DNA of 29,840 nt, from IMG/VR virus record IMGVR_UViG_3300005077_001076, positions 1 to 29,840 of that record; one strand, given 5' to 3'. A program made the translations under genes and the position numbers. How positions within the stretch are numbered: position 1 is the first letter of the stretch; the number at the start of each line of letters is the position of its first letter. Positions 1-7,989 of this stretch are shown piece after piece. The notes beneath the pieces were generated by a model, which was given only the letters and a program-made list of their open reading frames with translations, was not told the DNA's origin and made no database searches. This DNA is from a virus. Taxonomy: Duplodnaviria > Caudoviricetes.

Positions 1-168
1 ATTTTTATTTTCCTTTTCCTTAAACTCATTTAATATAAATTCCTTTAGCTTGTCATAATAAGTCCAAACCATACAACAACTACAAAAACAATATTTATCC
101 TTACATCTTATGCCATTGTATTTTAATATCAACTTTTCCAGTTCTTTAAATAATTCTTCTGTTGTCAT
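1..168 (-). CDS. Small Cys-rich hypothetical protein, partial (runs off window start)
   Basis: Manual translation MTTEELFKELEKLILKYNGIRCKDKYCFCSCCMVWTYYDKLKEFILNEFKEKENKN..., open to position 1; same strand as neighbours. Confidence 0.5.
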   Translation of the reverse strand, partial: MTTEELFKELEKLILKYNGIRCKDKYCFCSCCMVWTYYDKLKEFILNEFKEKENKN

Positions 169-268
169 AGTATGTTTATTTTTAACCTATCAGATGAATT
201 TTTTAACAGTTAATGTTAAAATATTCGTCTAAGGGGTTAAGCCCTTAGATGCCCATTCCCAACAATGC

Positions 269-370
269 TTAGCTTTTTTTATTTTTACTAAACGAATTAA
301 TCCCTACAAAAAACCCAATAATTACCCCGAATAATATCCATTCTAAAGTTGTATGATAAAAACTAATCAT
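269..370 (-). CDS. 33-aa single-TM membrane peptide
   Basis: MISFYHTTLEWILFGVIIGFFVGINSFSKNKKS; strong SD AGGAGGTGA upstream; not in ORF track. Confidence 0.6.
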   Translation of the reverse strand: MISFYHTTLEWILFGVIIGFFVGINSFSKNKKS

Positions 371-392
371 ATTATTATCACCTCCTAAAAAA

Positions 393-563
393 TTATTTAT
401 TTTCCTGCTTATCAATTACTTTTAATGCTAATATTTGGGCAGTTATTAATGTTCCAAGATATATATAACCCCATATATCAGATGTATTCTCTTGTATTAC
501 TAATATTGATCCCAATATTGTCCAAATTAAAGCCATCCAGTTAAAAATTTTAGCTTCTTTCAT
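393..563 (-). CDS. 56-aa two-TM membrane protein
   Basis: MKEAKIFNWMALIWTILGSILVIQENTSDIWGYIYLGTLITAQILALKVIDKQENK; SD GGGAGGTGA; not in ORF track. Confidence 0.65.
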   Translation of the reverse strand: MKEAKIFNWMALIWTILGSILVIQENTSDIWGYIYLGTLITAQILALKVIDKQENK

Positions 564-605
564 ATTTTTTCACCTCCCTTAAATATTTTTATATTTCATA
601 TCAAG

Positions 606-852
606 TTGCTGACCCTGCTTACCGTCAGGATCAGCAATCTAACATGATTTTTTCGGAATATTTTATAAAAGTTCTATTAATTTCTAATTTATATTTATAG
701 ATAAAACCGGGTATGGGTGTGGAGATACAATATGAACCATTTGAGGATTAATATAGTAAATCCCATACCCGGTTGTATCTGAGGGGTAAATGTTCCAGCT
801 TTACCCCTCATCCTTATAGAAAAGTATCATTTAATTTCAACTTTTCTATAGG
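606..852. repeat. Cluster of four inverted repeats/hairpins
   Basis: Stems 606-617/626-637, 699-717/762-780, 780-790/800-810, 815-825/840-850. Confidence 0.75.
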
Positions 853-865
853 AAGGAGGGGGGGA

Positions 866-1216
866 TTATCCCGCCATCTCCTCAGATATTTTTTTAGCTT
901 CATTTTTAGTTAATGTGCCAGAATCATCAATTGATTCTTCAAGATCATATCTTCTTTTCATACCTTCTCCGGTTGCCGTAATTTTTACGAAATCACCGGG
1001 AGTTACTTTGTCAAAAAATTCAGCTACCTTTCCGGAACCGCTACTCCAATATTTAACTTTTCCTTCAATCTCAAATTCATATTGAATTTTTTCTTTACCC
1101 GGATTAAAAGCGTCAGGTATTACTTTATGTCCCCGGTATAAAACTACTATTGATTCCCCTGATTCAAATCTCAAGTTCGGATTATTATCTCTTGCCCATT
1201 TTTTTAAATCACCCAT
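866..1216 (-). CDS. Hypothetical protein, possibly OB-fold ssDNA-binding protein
   Basis: Beta-rich pattern with 'PGDFVKITATGEGMKRRY' and acidic C-terminus, as in phage SSB-like proteins; SD AAAGGCGGTGA. Confidence 0.5.
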   Translation of the reverse strand: MGDLKKWARDNNPNLRFESGESIVVLYRGHKVIPDAFNPGKEKIQYEFEIEGKVKYWSSGSGKVAEFFDKVTPGDFVKITATGEGMKRRYDLEESIDDSGTLTKNEAKKISEEMAG

Positions 1217-1222
1217 TTATTT

Positions 1223-1537
1223 TCACCGCCTTTCAAAATTGTTAATTTTATTTAAAAGTGATATAATTGTATCTAATCTATTCAGTAATCTATATTCAAA
1301 ACGGGCATCGGTCTTGACTTCCATGTCCGTTTTTTCTATTTCCTGAGTCGATTTTTTCACATTCTGTTTTTTATAAAGTTCTAAATATTGAGCCATATTT
1401 TCAGATTTACTAATCTTAATTATGACATCATATGATCTATTAGTTATTTTTTTTATTTGACCGTGTGTAACTCCAACTTTTAAAAGTGTTTTTATTTGTT
1501 CAAATTCTTTTTCATTCATTTTTTTATAATGTTTCAT
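1223..1537 (-). CDS. Hypothetical protein, possible N-terminal helix-turn-helix
   Basis: 'EFEQIKTLLKVGVTHGQIKKITNRSYDVIIKI' resembles an HTH; SD AAGGGGGTGA. Confidence 0.55.
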   Translation of the reverse strand: MKHYKKMNEKEFEQIKTLLKVGVTHGQIKKITNRSYDVIIKISKSENMAQYLELYKKQNVKKSTQEIEKTDMEVKTDARFEYRLLNRLDTIISLLNKINNFERR

Positions 1538-1679
1538 ATTTTTTCACCCCCTTTATTTTTAAGAATTTATTTACTTCTTCTTCAATTAATTTTAAACATT
1601 TATCCGCATCTTTATAATTTTTAATAGTTATTAATGCTATTCTTAAAGCAAAATTTAAAAGTATTTTTTTAAAAATCAT
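1524..1679 (-). CDS. 51-aa hypothetical protein
   Basis: MIFKKILLNFALRIALITIKNYKDADKCLKLIEEEVNKFLKIKGVKKYETL; ATGA overlap with upstream stop; fills the gap between ORFs. Confidence 0.5.
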   Translation of the reverse strand: MIFKKILLNFALRIALITIKNYKDADKCLKLIEEEVNKFLKIKGVKKYETL

Positions 1680-1885
1680 TTTTTCTCCTTTGGAATTTCA
1701 AATTCCTGTTTAACATTTATCCAACTCGGATCCTCATTACATTGTGCATTAACTTCACTTTTAAGTTTGTCCCATACAGTCTGTAGATTTTCACCTTCCA
1801 TGACTTCAACAGTCATTCCGGCTGATACTGAGCTGTAATTAGGCAGTCCTTTTTTTAGACTGTAGGTTATCTCCTTTATTTTCAT
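1676..1885 (-). CDS. Phage hypothetical protein
   Basis: ORF track; SD AAAGGAG; 'ITYSLKKGLPNYSS' resembles a common small phage protein pattern. Confidence 0.7.
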   Translation of the reverse strand: MKIKEITYSLKKGLPNYSSVSAGMTVEVMEGENLQTVWDKLKSEVNAQCNEDPSWINVKQEFEIPKEKK

Positions 1886-2108
1886 CTGCTTCTCCTTTCT
1901 TCTGCATGATTTCTATTAGCTTCATGGCATAATCGGCATTAGCTTTGATATTTCTGGATTCCCTATATAGATTTTCCGGCTTAATAAATAAAAGTCTTGC
2001 TATGGCTATCAGATGCTCATTAGTCGTAATACTGCTTTGATGAAGCATATTTATTTTCAATTCCATAGAGTTTTTCTTCCGGAATATATTTTTTATTTTT
2101 TCAAACAT
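1839..2108 (-). CDS. Hypothetical protein
   Basis: ORF track; SD AAAGGAGGT; overlaps neighbours in the operon. Confidence 0.65.
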   Translation of the reverse strand: MFEKIKNIFRKKNSMELKINMLHQSSITTNEHLIAIARLLFIKPENLYRESRNIKANADYAMKLIEIMQKKGEADENKGDNLQSKKRTA

Positions 2109-2382
2109 ATACCTCCTTTTTAGCTATATCAATCGGAAAGTACCATTGCGGCTCCTGTCCAACTGTTTTAGTTTTACCATATTTTATAATTTCATCCGTA
2201 TTAAATATCCATTTCTCAGCCTTGATATGATCAATGAATTCGGCTGTGGCTATTTTATTTTTCTTAATTACTGCCATTATGGGAAGTGATAATGATAATT
2301 GCCTGTCTTTCCATAAAACAGCTTTAGAAAATGATACGAATTTTTTATAAACAGTTCCTTCAAATTTTCCTTTATTAATCAT
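2101..2382 (-). CDS. Phage hypothetical protein
   Basis: ORF track; SD GGGAG; operonic packing. Confidence 0.7.
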   Translation of the reverse strand: MINKGKFEGTVYKKFVSFSKAVLWKDRQLSLSLPIMAVIKKNKIATAEFIDHIKAEKWIFNTDEIIKYGKTKTVGQEPQWYFPIDIAKKEVYV

Positions 2383-2405
2383 ATTTTTCTCCCATATAGG
2401 TATTT

Positions 2406-2597
2406 TTAATTAGGTTGTTCATCTTTCCATGCGTCATAAGCCATATCGGCTTTGGCTTCCAGACAGTTAGCCAAGTCAATGATTTCTTTTTCCGACAAGC
2501 CTACTATCTCTGATTCATCCAGACAGCCATTCTTGACGCAGTATGCAAGGTAATTCATTGCCCAATCATAAGTTGACGAAATGTTAATTGATTTCAT
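2406..2597 (-). CDS. Small acidic hypothetical protein
   Basis: ORF track; SD GAGGAG; overlaps upstream gene. Confidence 0.6.
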   Translation of the reverse strand: MKSINISSTYDWAMNYLAYCVKNGCLDESEIVGLSEKEIIDLANCLEAKADMAYDAWKDEQPN

Positions 2598-2865
2598 ATA
2601 TATCTCCTCTCAGGTGATCGCAGGACATACACTCACCGATCTGGCTAAGAAATTCCTGCTCGTTTTTATCTGTGATACGCCTTTTACAAATCGGACAAAT
2701 TGGCGGGAATTTTTCCAGCCTTGTCATGGTTAGCTGTAATTGAGCTATTTCACTTCCGGTCCTAAGAACCTGTAAAGCCAGTTCATGCCTCCCGGATTTT
2801 TCCAAACTAAAATATGTCTTGAGAGTTTTCTGAAGTTGTCTGTTAATTTGCTGTTCTGTGATCAT
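2584..2865 (-). CDS. Hypothetical protein with C-terminal C4 zinc finger
   Basis: CPIC...CMSC; SD AAGGAG; first gene after promoter at 2887-2916. Confidence 0.7.
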   Translation of the reverse strand: MITEQQINRQLQKTLKTYFSLEKSGRHELALQVLRTGSEIAQLQLTMTRLEKFPPICPICKRRITDKNEQEFLSQIGECMSCDHLRGDIYEIN

Positions 2866-2886
2866 AATGTATTCTCCTTAATTAGA

Positions 2887-2916
2887 ACTGTATCATATCG
2901 TGCGGGTAGTTGTCAA
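2887..2916 (-). promoter_or_regulatory. Sigma70-type leftward promoter
   Basis: TTGACA-18 nt-TACAGT with extended -10 TG. Confidence 0.6.
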
Positions 2917-3417
2917 CCCCCCAATTTTTAATACCCCAAAATAGCTTCAACTTTGAGGCTGTCTTATTTTCAGGCATTTTCAAAAGCAAAAATATTTTGC
3001 CTCACGATCCCGGGAATTTTGAAAATATTTTCTGGTTTTATAAGTTTGAAATTTTGGATTTTATCCAATCGTCCAAAGTTTCGCCTCAGCAAATTATTAT
3101 TATTTTATTTTATATATATTCTCCCTCGTGTCCTATGATAATTTTACAAATAAATAACCCATAGTATCAATAATTTTTGTCCGGAATTGTCCCGGATAAA
3201 ACCGAAGGGAGATTTTATACTTGAGTATTATATCTATAATCATAATTTAAAGTCCTGTGATGCCCTACAATGCCCGGATTGCCCGGTCCCAGTGTCTATC
3301 ATCATTGCCCGATTTCCGGGTTTTATGCCTGACTAGCCTCTAACCGGATAAAATTTAGGGTTCTGTAATGCCCTACAATGGCTTATTTTATTTATAAGAC
3401 TATATAACATCCTGTCC

Positions 3418-3462
3418 GGGAGTAATGGGAGTAATGGGAGTAATGGGAGTAATGGGAGTGAT
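3418..3462 (+). repeat. 9-bp tandem repeat (GGGAGTAAT)x4 + GGGAGTGAT
   Basis: Read directly; five G3 tracts with 6-nt loops. Confidence 0.95.
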
Positions 3463-3469
3463 TAATATA

Positions 3470-3519
3470 TCCGGTTCCGGTCCCCTTACTACTCCCGAAG
3501 CAAGAGGACCGGGACCGGA
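3470..3519 (-). terminator. 20-bp GC-rich stem-loop downstream of the amidotransferase (terminator-like or structured RNA)
   Basis: UCCGGUCCCGGUCCUCUUGC / GUAAGGGGACCGGAACCGGA, 2 G-U and 1 mismatch; weak U-tract. Confidence 0.55.
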
Positions 3520-3528
3520 CACCTTAAG

Positions 3529-4533
3529 CTATCTTAAGGTGTCAATACTATCCCGGGTGTAAAATTGATAATCCCGATGTCCGTTGATATGCATTTTTTT
3601 AGCACACTTCAAACAGACTCCGAACTGTCCCGGCTTATTGTAATAGAAGGGCTGTCCGTTTATGGGTTTAAGGCAGGACTCGCAACTATCCGCCTCTTGT
3701 ATCCATAATAAGGTGTCTTGCAGGGTATAAGCCGGGTTGTTGTCCGGTTCCGGAAGTATCGGTCCGGTGTACTCATCCCGGTAATTGTCCCATGCCTGAT
3801 AATTTTTATAGTCGTATATATAACCGGGTTTAAAATTGACCTTAAATTTTCTAATCTTCAATCCCGATTCTATTTTATAAACGGTATTTTCTTTCGGTTC
3901 CCAATAATTGACACCCTTCAATCCTGTAGTCACTGTAATGACCGGAAGTAAATAGTTAAGCTCCGAACAGTAAAATATTGTATCAAGCTCCGGAATTCGG
4001 GCTAGTGATAGCGGATTCCCGGACGATACCATATATAAACTATCCGATTCCGGTGCATGGTTCCACACTATCGCAAAGTTCCCGGATAGTTTACTAAATG
4101 TATTAATAAAATTATTTCCGGTCTTATTCAGATCATCAAATATAACCATGCTATCAACCTCGACTGTCGGATTGATATCTTTCCAGTTAGAAATTATTCC
4201 ATTATGTACTCCTGTAATGGTCCCGAACTGGTACGGATGAGAATTAATGTCATTAATTGCTCCGGTTGTTGCTAACCGGGTATGACCGATTATTATATCC
4301 GGTCCGGTCCCGGTTAATTTTTTATATCCCGGCAGGGTTATAAAATCCCGGGCAAATGTTGCCCGTTTAAATAGCTTGATATTGCCCTGATCAATCCCGG
4401 CAATCCCGGTTGAATCATCGCCTCTCGATTCCATAGAAACTGCCAATCCGGATAAAATCCGGTTCCGGGTATCCTTCTGTCCGGATGTCAATCTCGTATT
4501 TTTTTTAGTTATATAACCAAATATTCCGCACAT
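3529..4533 (-). CDS. Class II (Ntn) glutamine amidotransferase with C-terminal zinc finger
   Basis: N-terminal MCGIFG (catalytic Cys2), RGDDSTG, GHTRLAT, HPY, HNG, VDS motifs; CESC...CLKC. Confidence 0.92.
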   Translation of the reverse strand: MCGIFGYITKKNTRLTSGQKDTRNRILSGLAVSMESRGDDSTGIAGIDQGNIKLFKRATFARDFITLPGYKKLTGTGPDIIIGHTRLATTGAINDINSHPYQFGTITGVHNGIISNWKDINPTVEVDSMVIFDDLNKTGNNFINTFSKLSGNFAIVWNHAPESDSLYMVSSGNPLSLARIPELDTIFYCSELNYLLPVITVTTGLKGVNYWEPKENTVYKIESGLKIRKFKVNFKPGYIYDYKNYQAWDNYRDEYTGPILPEPDNNPAYTLQDTLLWIQEADSCESCLKPINGQPFYYNKPGQFGVCLKCAKKMHINGHRDYQFYTRDSIDTLR

Positions 4534-4539
4534 ATTATT

Positions 4540-5997
4540 TTATTCCTCCTCCGGGATATTCCCGGTTAATGTTTTTTTAAAATCATAGCCCGGATTGAAT
4601 TTTTGAATCCGGGATAATAAGTATTCCTGTAATTTCTCCGGAAGCTTAAATAGCTTACTTATCCGATCATATTTCCGTTTCCCGGTTGGCATGGTCCATA
4701 GTTTAGCAACAATTTTCTGATTATACCGATTGATAGCGTAATCAATAACTGCTTGGTGAAAAGCTACCCAATTTAGAATTTTTAATGGATTAATGGTTCC
4801 GGCGTGGTGTCTAAGCTCTAAGGTCCCACGATAAAATATAGAATGGAAATTTATTCCGTTATACCGGGTATTATTGTACTTTTGCTGTTTGTATTCCGCA
4901 ATGTCGCTTTCACTATCTGACATGTACCATTTTTTCTCAAATTCCTTACTTGTGATCATATCCGTAAATGAATTATAACTATAGGATTTTGAAAGTCTTT
5001 TGCAATATGAATTATTCCATCTCGACTCCGGAATCATGCTATATATTAAATCCTCAATAGCATAATAAGTATGAAGAACTTGGGATAACTTTTCCGGATT
5101 GTCCCGGAAATCCCGAGCGTTTAAATGTATATGAGCCCCGCATGATACCGTAGCTTCAAATCCCGCATCCTTCAAAGCTTTGCATACTTTAAAAACTATA
5201 GCTTCACCGGCGTTTAGACTGGCTGGTGGAGTTTGTATCTCGACTCCGGAGCTATCCAGACTCGCATCATCAGTAATTCCACATCCGAGCGGAAGCTCTT
5301 CTATATTGTCCTGGTCCCCATTCTCAGCTTCAAATTCTATGCCAAATTCCCGCCTGTCCGTAATTATCTGTCCGGGTTTATCTCCAATATGAAAATGAGA
5401 TATATTGACCTCATGGTTTGAATGTTCACATCCATGATCATTAATACAATTAAAGCAATAATCAGCCTCGCAATATTCACAATAATTACTATCGTTATGA
5501 AAAATCTTATTGCAATTACTACAGGTAAAATAATTTCCACTATTCATGCAATGCTCACAAATTGTTTCACCGTTTGATAATTGATAGGTAAAAGAGTTCT
5601 GATTATTAAAATATTGATCACAATCCGAACATTGAAAAAAATATTTATCGATACAATCCTGACAAATAATATTACCATCCACATCCATGATCATATCATC
5701 AGATTGATAATATTCTCCGCATTGATAACAGGGTGATAATTGCTCATCAGCACAATCCTGACAAAAATAATCCCCATCATGGGTTTGAATCATGATATCG
5801 TTATAATCCCATTCAGAACAATGACAGCATTGTTTAAATAGACTATCTAAACAATCAGAACAAACATTCCCTTGCTTTGTTTGAATAAGCTTTACTTCAA
5901 CAATGGAATTACACTCATTGCAAAGCTCACCAATGGGTAAATAGTTTATATTATCCGGGTTTATAGCCTCCGGTTGGCTCATGATTGCATGGTTCAT
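4540..5997 (-). CDS. Putative amidoligase (COOH-NH2 ligase, glutamine-synthetase-like fold) with N-terminal tandem CxxC zinc-ribbon repeats
   Basis: FGIEFE, DDASL, VEIQTPP, SCGAHIH, RYNGIN, TLELRHHAGT motifs; >10 CxxC in the first ~190 aa; SD GGAGG. Confidence 0.85.
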   Translation of the reverse strand: MNHAIMSQPEAINPDNINYLPIGELCNECNSIVEVKLIQTKQGNVCSDCLDSLFKQCCHCSEWDYNDIMIQTHDGDYFCQDCADEQLSPCYQCGEYYQSDDMIMDVDGNIICQDCIDKYFFQCSDCDQYFNNQNSFTYQLSNGETICEHCMNSGNYFTCSNCNKIFHNDSNYCEYCEADYCFNCINDHGCEHSNHEVNISHFHIGDKPGQIITDRREFGIEFEAENGDQDNIEELPLGCGITDDASLDSSGVEIQTPPASLNAGEAIVFKVCKALKDAGFEATVSCGAHIHLNARDFRDNPEKLSQVLHTYYAIEDLIYSMIPESRWNNSYCKRLSKSYSYNSFTDMITSKEFEKKWYMSDSESDIAEYKQQKYNNTRYNGINFHSIFYRGTLELRHHAGTINPLKILNWVAFHQAVIDYAINRYNQKIVAKLWTMPTGKRKYDRISKLFKLPEKLQEYLLSRIQKFNPGYDFKKTLTGNIPEEE

Positions 5998-6015
5998 ATG
6001 TATCCTCCAAAAATA

Positions 6016-6050
6016 TATGTATCATAGTGTGCGTATCCTTGTCAAGGATA
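6016..6050 (-). promoter_or_regulatory. Leftward promoter of the amidoligase operon with overlapping palindrome TATCCTTG-T-CAAGGATA (6034-6050)
   Basis: TTGACA at 6040-6045; motif shared with the promoter at 2889-2916; -10 box imperfect. Confidence 0.55.
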
Positions 6051-6085
6051 AAAATTATATTGTTATATCGTGATATAATTAACAC

Positions 6086-6502
6086 ATGAATAAATTAACT
6101 CCGAAACAATCAAGGTTTGTTAAGAATATAATTGCCGGTAATAATATTACTAATAGTGCTAAAATGGCAGGTTATAGTCCTATAAGTGCTGATAGTACGG
6201 GTAGTAGACTAATGAATAATGACAAAATCAAGCAGGTGTTGGCTAAGGCTGGATTAGATGAGATAAGTTTATCAGCTATGTTAAATACTAGTATTAAATC
6301 GGGATTAGGTATTAAAGCTACTAATAGTGATGCTCTAAAAGGTATAGAGTTATCCTATAAATTACTAGGTTATATTAAAGATAATAATAATAATGATAAT
6401 AATGATAATAGTATTAATATATATATTAAAGAATTACATAACTTAACTACTGAACAATTACATGATAAGCTTACTTCACTTGAAGCTGAAATAATCCCAT
6501 AA
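6086..6502 (+). CDS. terS: Terminase small subunit
   Basis: N-terminal 'LTPKQSRFVKNIIAGNNITNSAKMAGYS...GSRLM' HTH typical of TerS; TGnTATAAT ends 7 nt before the ATG. Confidence 0.8.
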   Translation: MNKLTPKQSRFVKNIIAGNNITNSAKMAGYSPISADSTGSRLMNNDKIKQVLAKAGLDEISLSAMLNTSIKSGLGIKATNSDALKGIELSYKLLGYIKDNNNNDNNDNSINIYIKELHNLTTEQLHDKLTSLEAEIIP

Positions 6503-6894
6503 TAATATAAACATCGTACATTATACATTGTGCGATGTCTATCGTTTAAATAATTAAATTAACTTACTTAACTATATCATAGTATATCTACTACCCCTAT
6601 ACACCCAAAGTTTGTTTTTTTAAATTAAGTTCTTATCCCGAATTAATCCGCTATATATTTTTCTAACTTTTACTATCCTATAGTTTCTATTTACCGGAGT
6701 TGGGTAGCCTTAGCCCCTGTGTTAAAAGAAATTAAATCCCCCCCCTGCCGGATTTAGGTTGGTTATTTACCCTGCACTTACCGGAATTTAAGCACAATAC
6801 ACGCACTATCTGTCTGAGTCTTTTTCAACTCCAGTGGGTTTACATCTTTTCCAGTGATGGTTCTTATGTAGATCTATTTTAAATTAAATGTGCT

Positions 6895-7122
6895 CTATTT
6901 ACCGTCTGTCGGTATAGCCTTTTGCCCCTGTGTTACCCAATCAAATGAAGAAGTTAATTTCTTCTTTCCTAATTTAGGTTTTTTTATTTGATTGAGTTCA
7001 ATTTGAAGTTTTTCTATTAATTTATAGTTTTTTGGGTTTGTTCTCCAAGCAAATTTTAATTTCTGGAGAATATCAAGATAGGTATTATGATGTGGAACTA
7101 TATGTGTATATAAATTGCCCAT
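6895..7122 (-). CDS. Hypothetical protein
   Basis: ORF track; starts 1 nt after upstream stop. Confidence 0.55.
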   Translation of the reverse strand: MGNLYTHIVPHHNTYLDILQKLKFAWRTNPKNYKLIEKLQIELNQIKKPKLGKKKLTSSFDWVTQGQKAIPTDGK

Positions 7123-7123
7123 A

Positions 7124-7339
7124 TTAATTGAATTTTATTTTTTGTCTTGATAAATGTTGAAAAAAACGCTGGTTTTCGGATAGGGGGGTAGGGGGAGGTG
7201 CATCGGTTATAGAAACTTTTATGGAATTGCAATATGAATGACACATACTACAAACATACCAGAAATTCATATTTCCTGCAACTACCTTTTTTTGTAGAGT
7301 TACTGGTGCGTGGCAGCAATTGGATACGATTTTATTCAT
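7124..7339 (-). CDS. Zinc-ribbon hypothetical protein
   Basis: SNCCHAPV...YVCSMCHSYC; SD AGGAGG. Confidence 0.7.
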   Translation of the reverse strand: MNKIVSNCCHAPVTLQKKVVAGNMNFWYVCSMCHSYCNSIKVSITDAPPPTPLSENQRFFQHLSRQKIKFN

Positions 7340-7409
7340 GATCCTCCTGCCAGTGGTAAAGGATTAATGCTATCCAGATGGTAAAAAATATTCCGATTTC
7401 TTCTAGCAT

Positions 7410-7478
7410 AAAAAAACCGCTTGTTCCCTGATTGCTTGGTTGCCGATGATTAGGCGAGCAACCAGAGAATAAACGGTT
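7410..7478 (-). terminator. Long stem-loop with U-tract (intrinsic terminator/attenuator or small-RNA 3' end)
   Basis: 22-bp stem 7415-7478 with 3 G-U and 1 mismatch on the minus strand, running into a U7 tract. Confidence 0.7.
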
Positions 7479-7499
7479 AATCATCTATTTCCATTTTTA

Positions 7500-7527
7500 A
7501 TTATAGATCATATTGTTAAGTTGTCAA
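7500..7527 (-). promoter_or_regulatory. Sigma70-type leftward promoter (overlaps a rightward TGnTATACT at 7532-7540)
   Basis: TTGACA-16 nt-TATAAT. Confidence 0.75.
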
Positions 7528-7548
7528 GGGGTGATATACTGTGTGTAT

Positions 7549-7989
7549 ATGAAAACCAAAAAAGACCTTGATAAAGAAATGGAAAAGCTGGAAGCTATGG
7601 GGCAGGAGAATGAGAAAAAATCTATTCCTTCAGTTCGGGAGATCATGGCAGAAGAGGAAAAAAAAATAGAAGAGAAGAAAGCTAGGAATATAGATGTTCT
7701 TGAAAAAAAACGCAACTTCAGTTTTAGAACTTACAATATGGCTTTATCGGATCTTCTTGTTAAACGGATGAGTCTGGTTGATTTTCCGGATGGTTGGAAA
7801 TATGGGGTAACTCCGACCGATGAAGGTGTAGTTTTAACAATGACCTATGGGGATAGGGTTTTTAGAGCCGGATTTAAGCCGACAGGAGAAGCTAAATATG
7901 ATCTTAATGCCGTTAATATGTATGCGGTTCGGGCTGAAAATACTATAGATCGTATTATGAATAAAAATCCCCATGTGGGGAATATTTAA
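7549..7989 (+). CDS. Hypothetical protein upstream of terL (start likely ATG 7549)
   Basis: MKTKKDLDKEME...; charged coiled N-terminus plus alpha/beta domain; stop 1 nt before the terL ATG. Confidence 0.75.
   Translation: MKTKKDLDKEMEKLEAMGQENEKKSIPSVREIMAEEEKKIEEKKARNIDVLEKKRNFSFRTYNMALSDLLVKRMSLVDFPDGWKYGVTPTDEGVVLTMTYGDRVFRAGFKPTGEAKYDLNAVNMYAVRAENTIDRIMNKNPHVGNI

Noticed and set aside
226-251. TTAAGCCCTTAG resembling part of a pistol ribozyme
   Set aside because: Explained by a simple hairpin; the upstream pseudoknot partner and stem arrangement are missing
2910-3164. Plus-strand ORFs 2910..3164 and 2953..3138
   Set aside because: Opposite to local transcription, TTG starts without SD, no recognisable features
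3255-3462. Repeats considered as a CRISPR or mini-array
   Set aside because: 9-bp units have no spacers and the 18-bp repeat has only two copies; no cas genes
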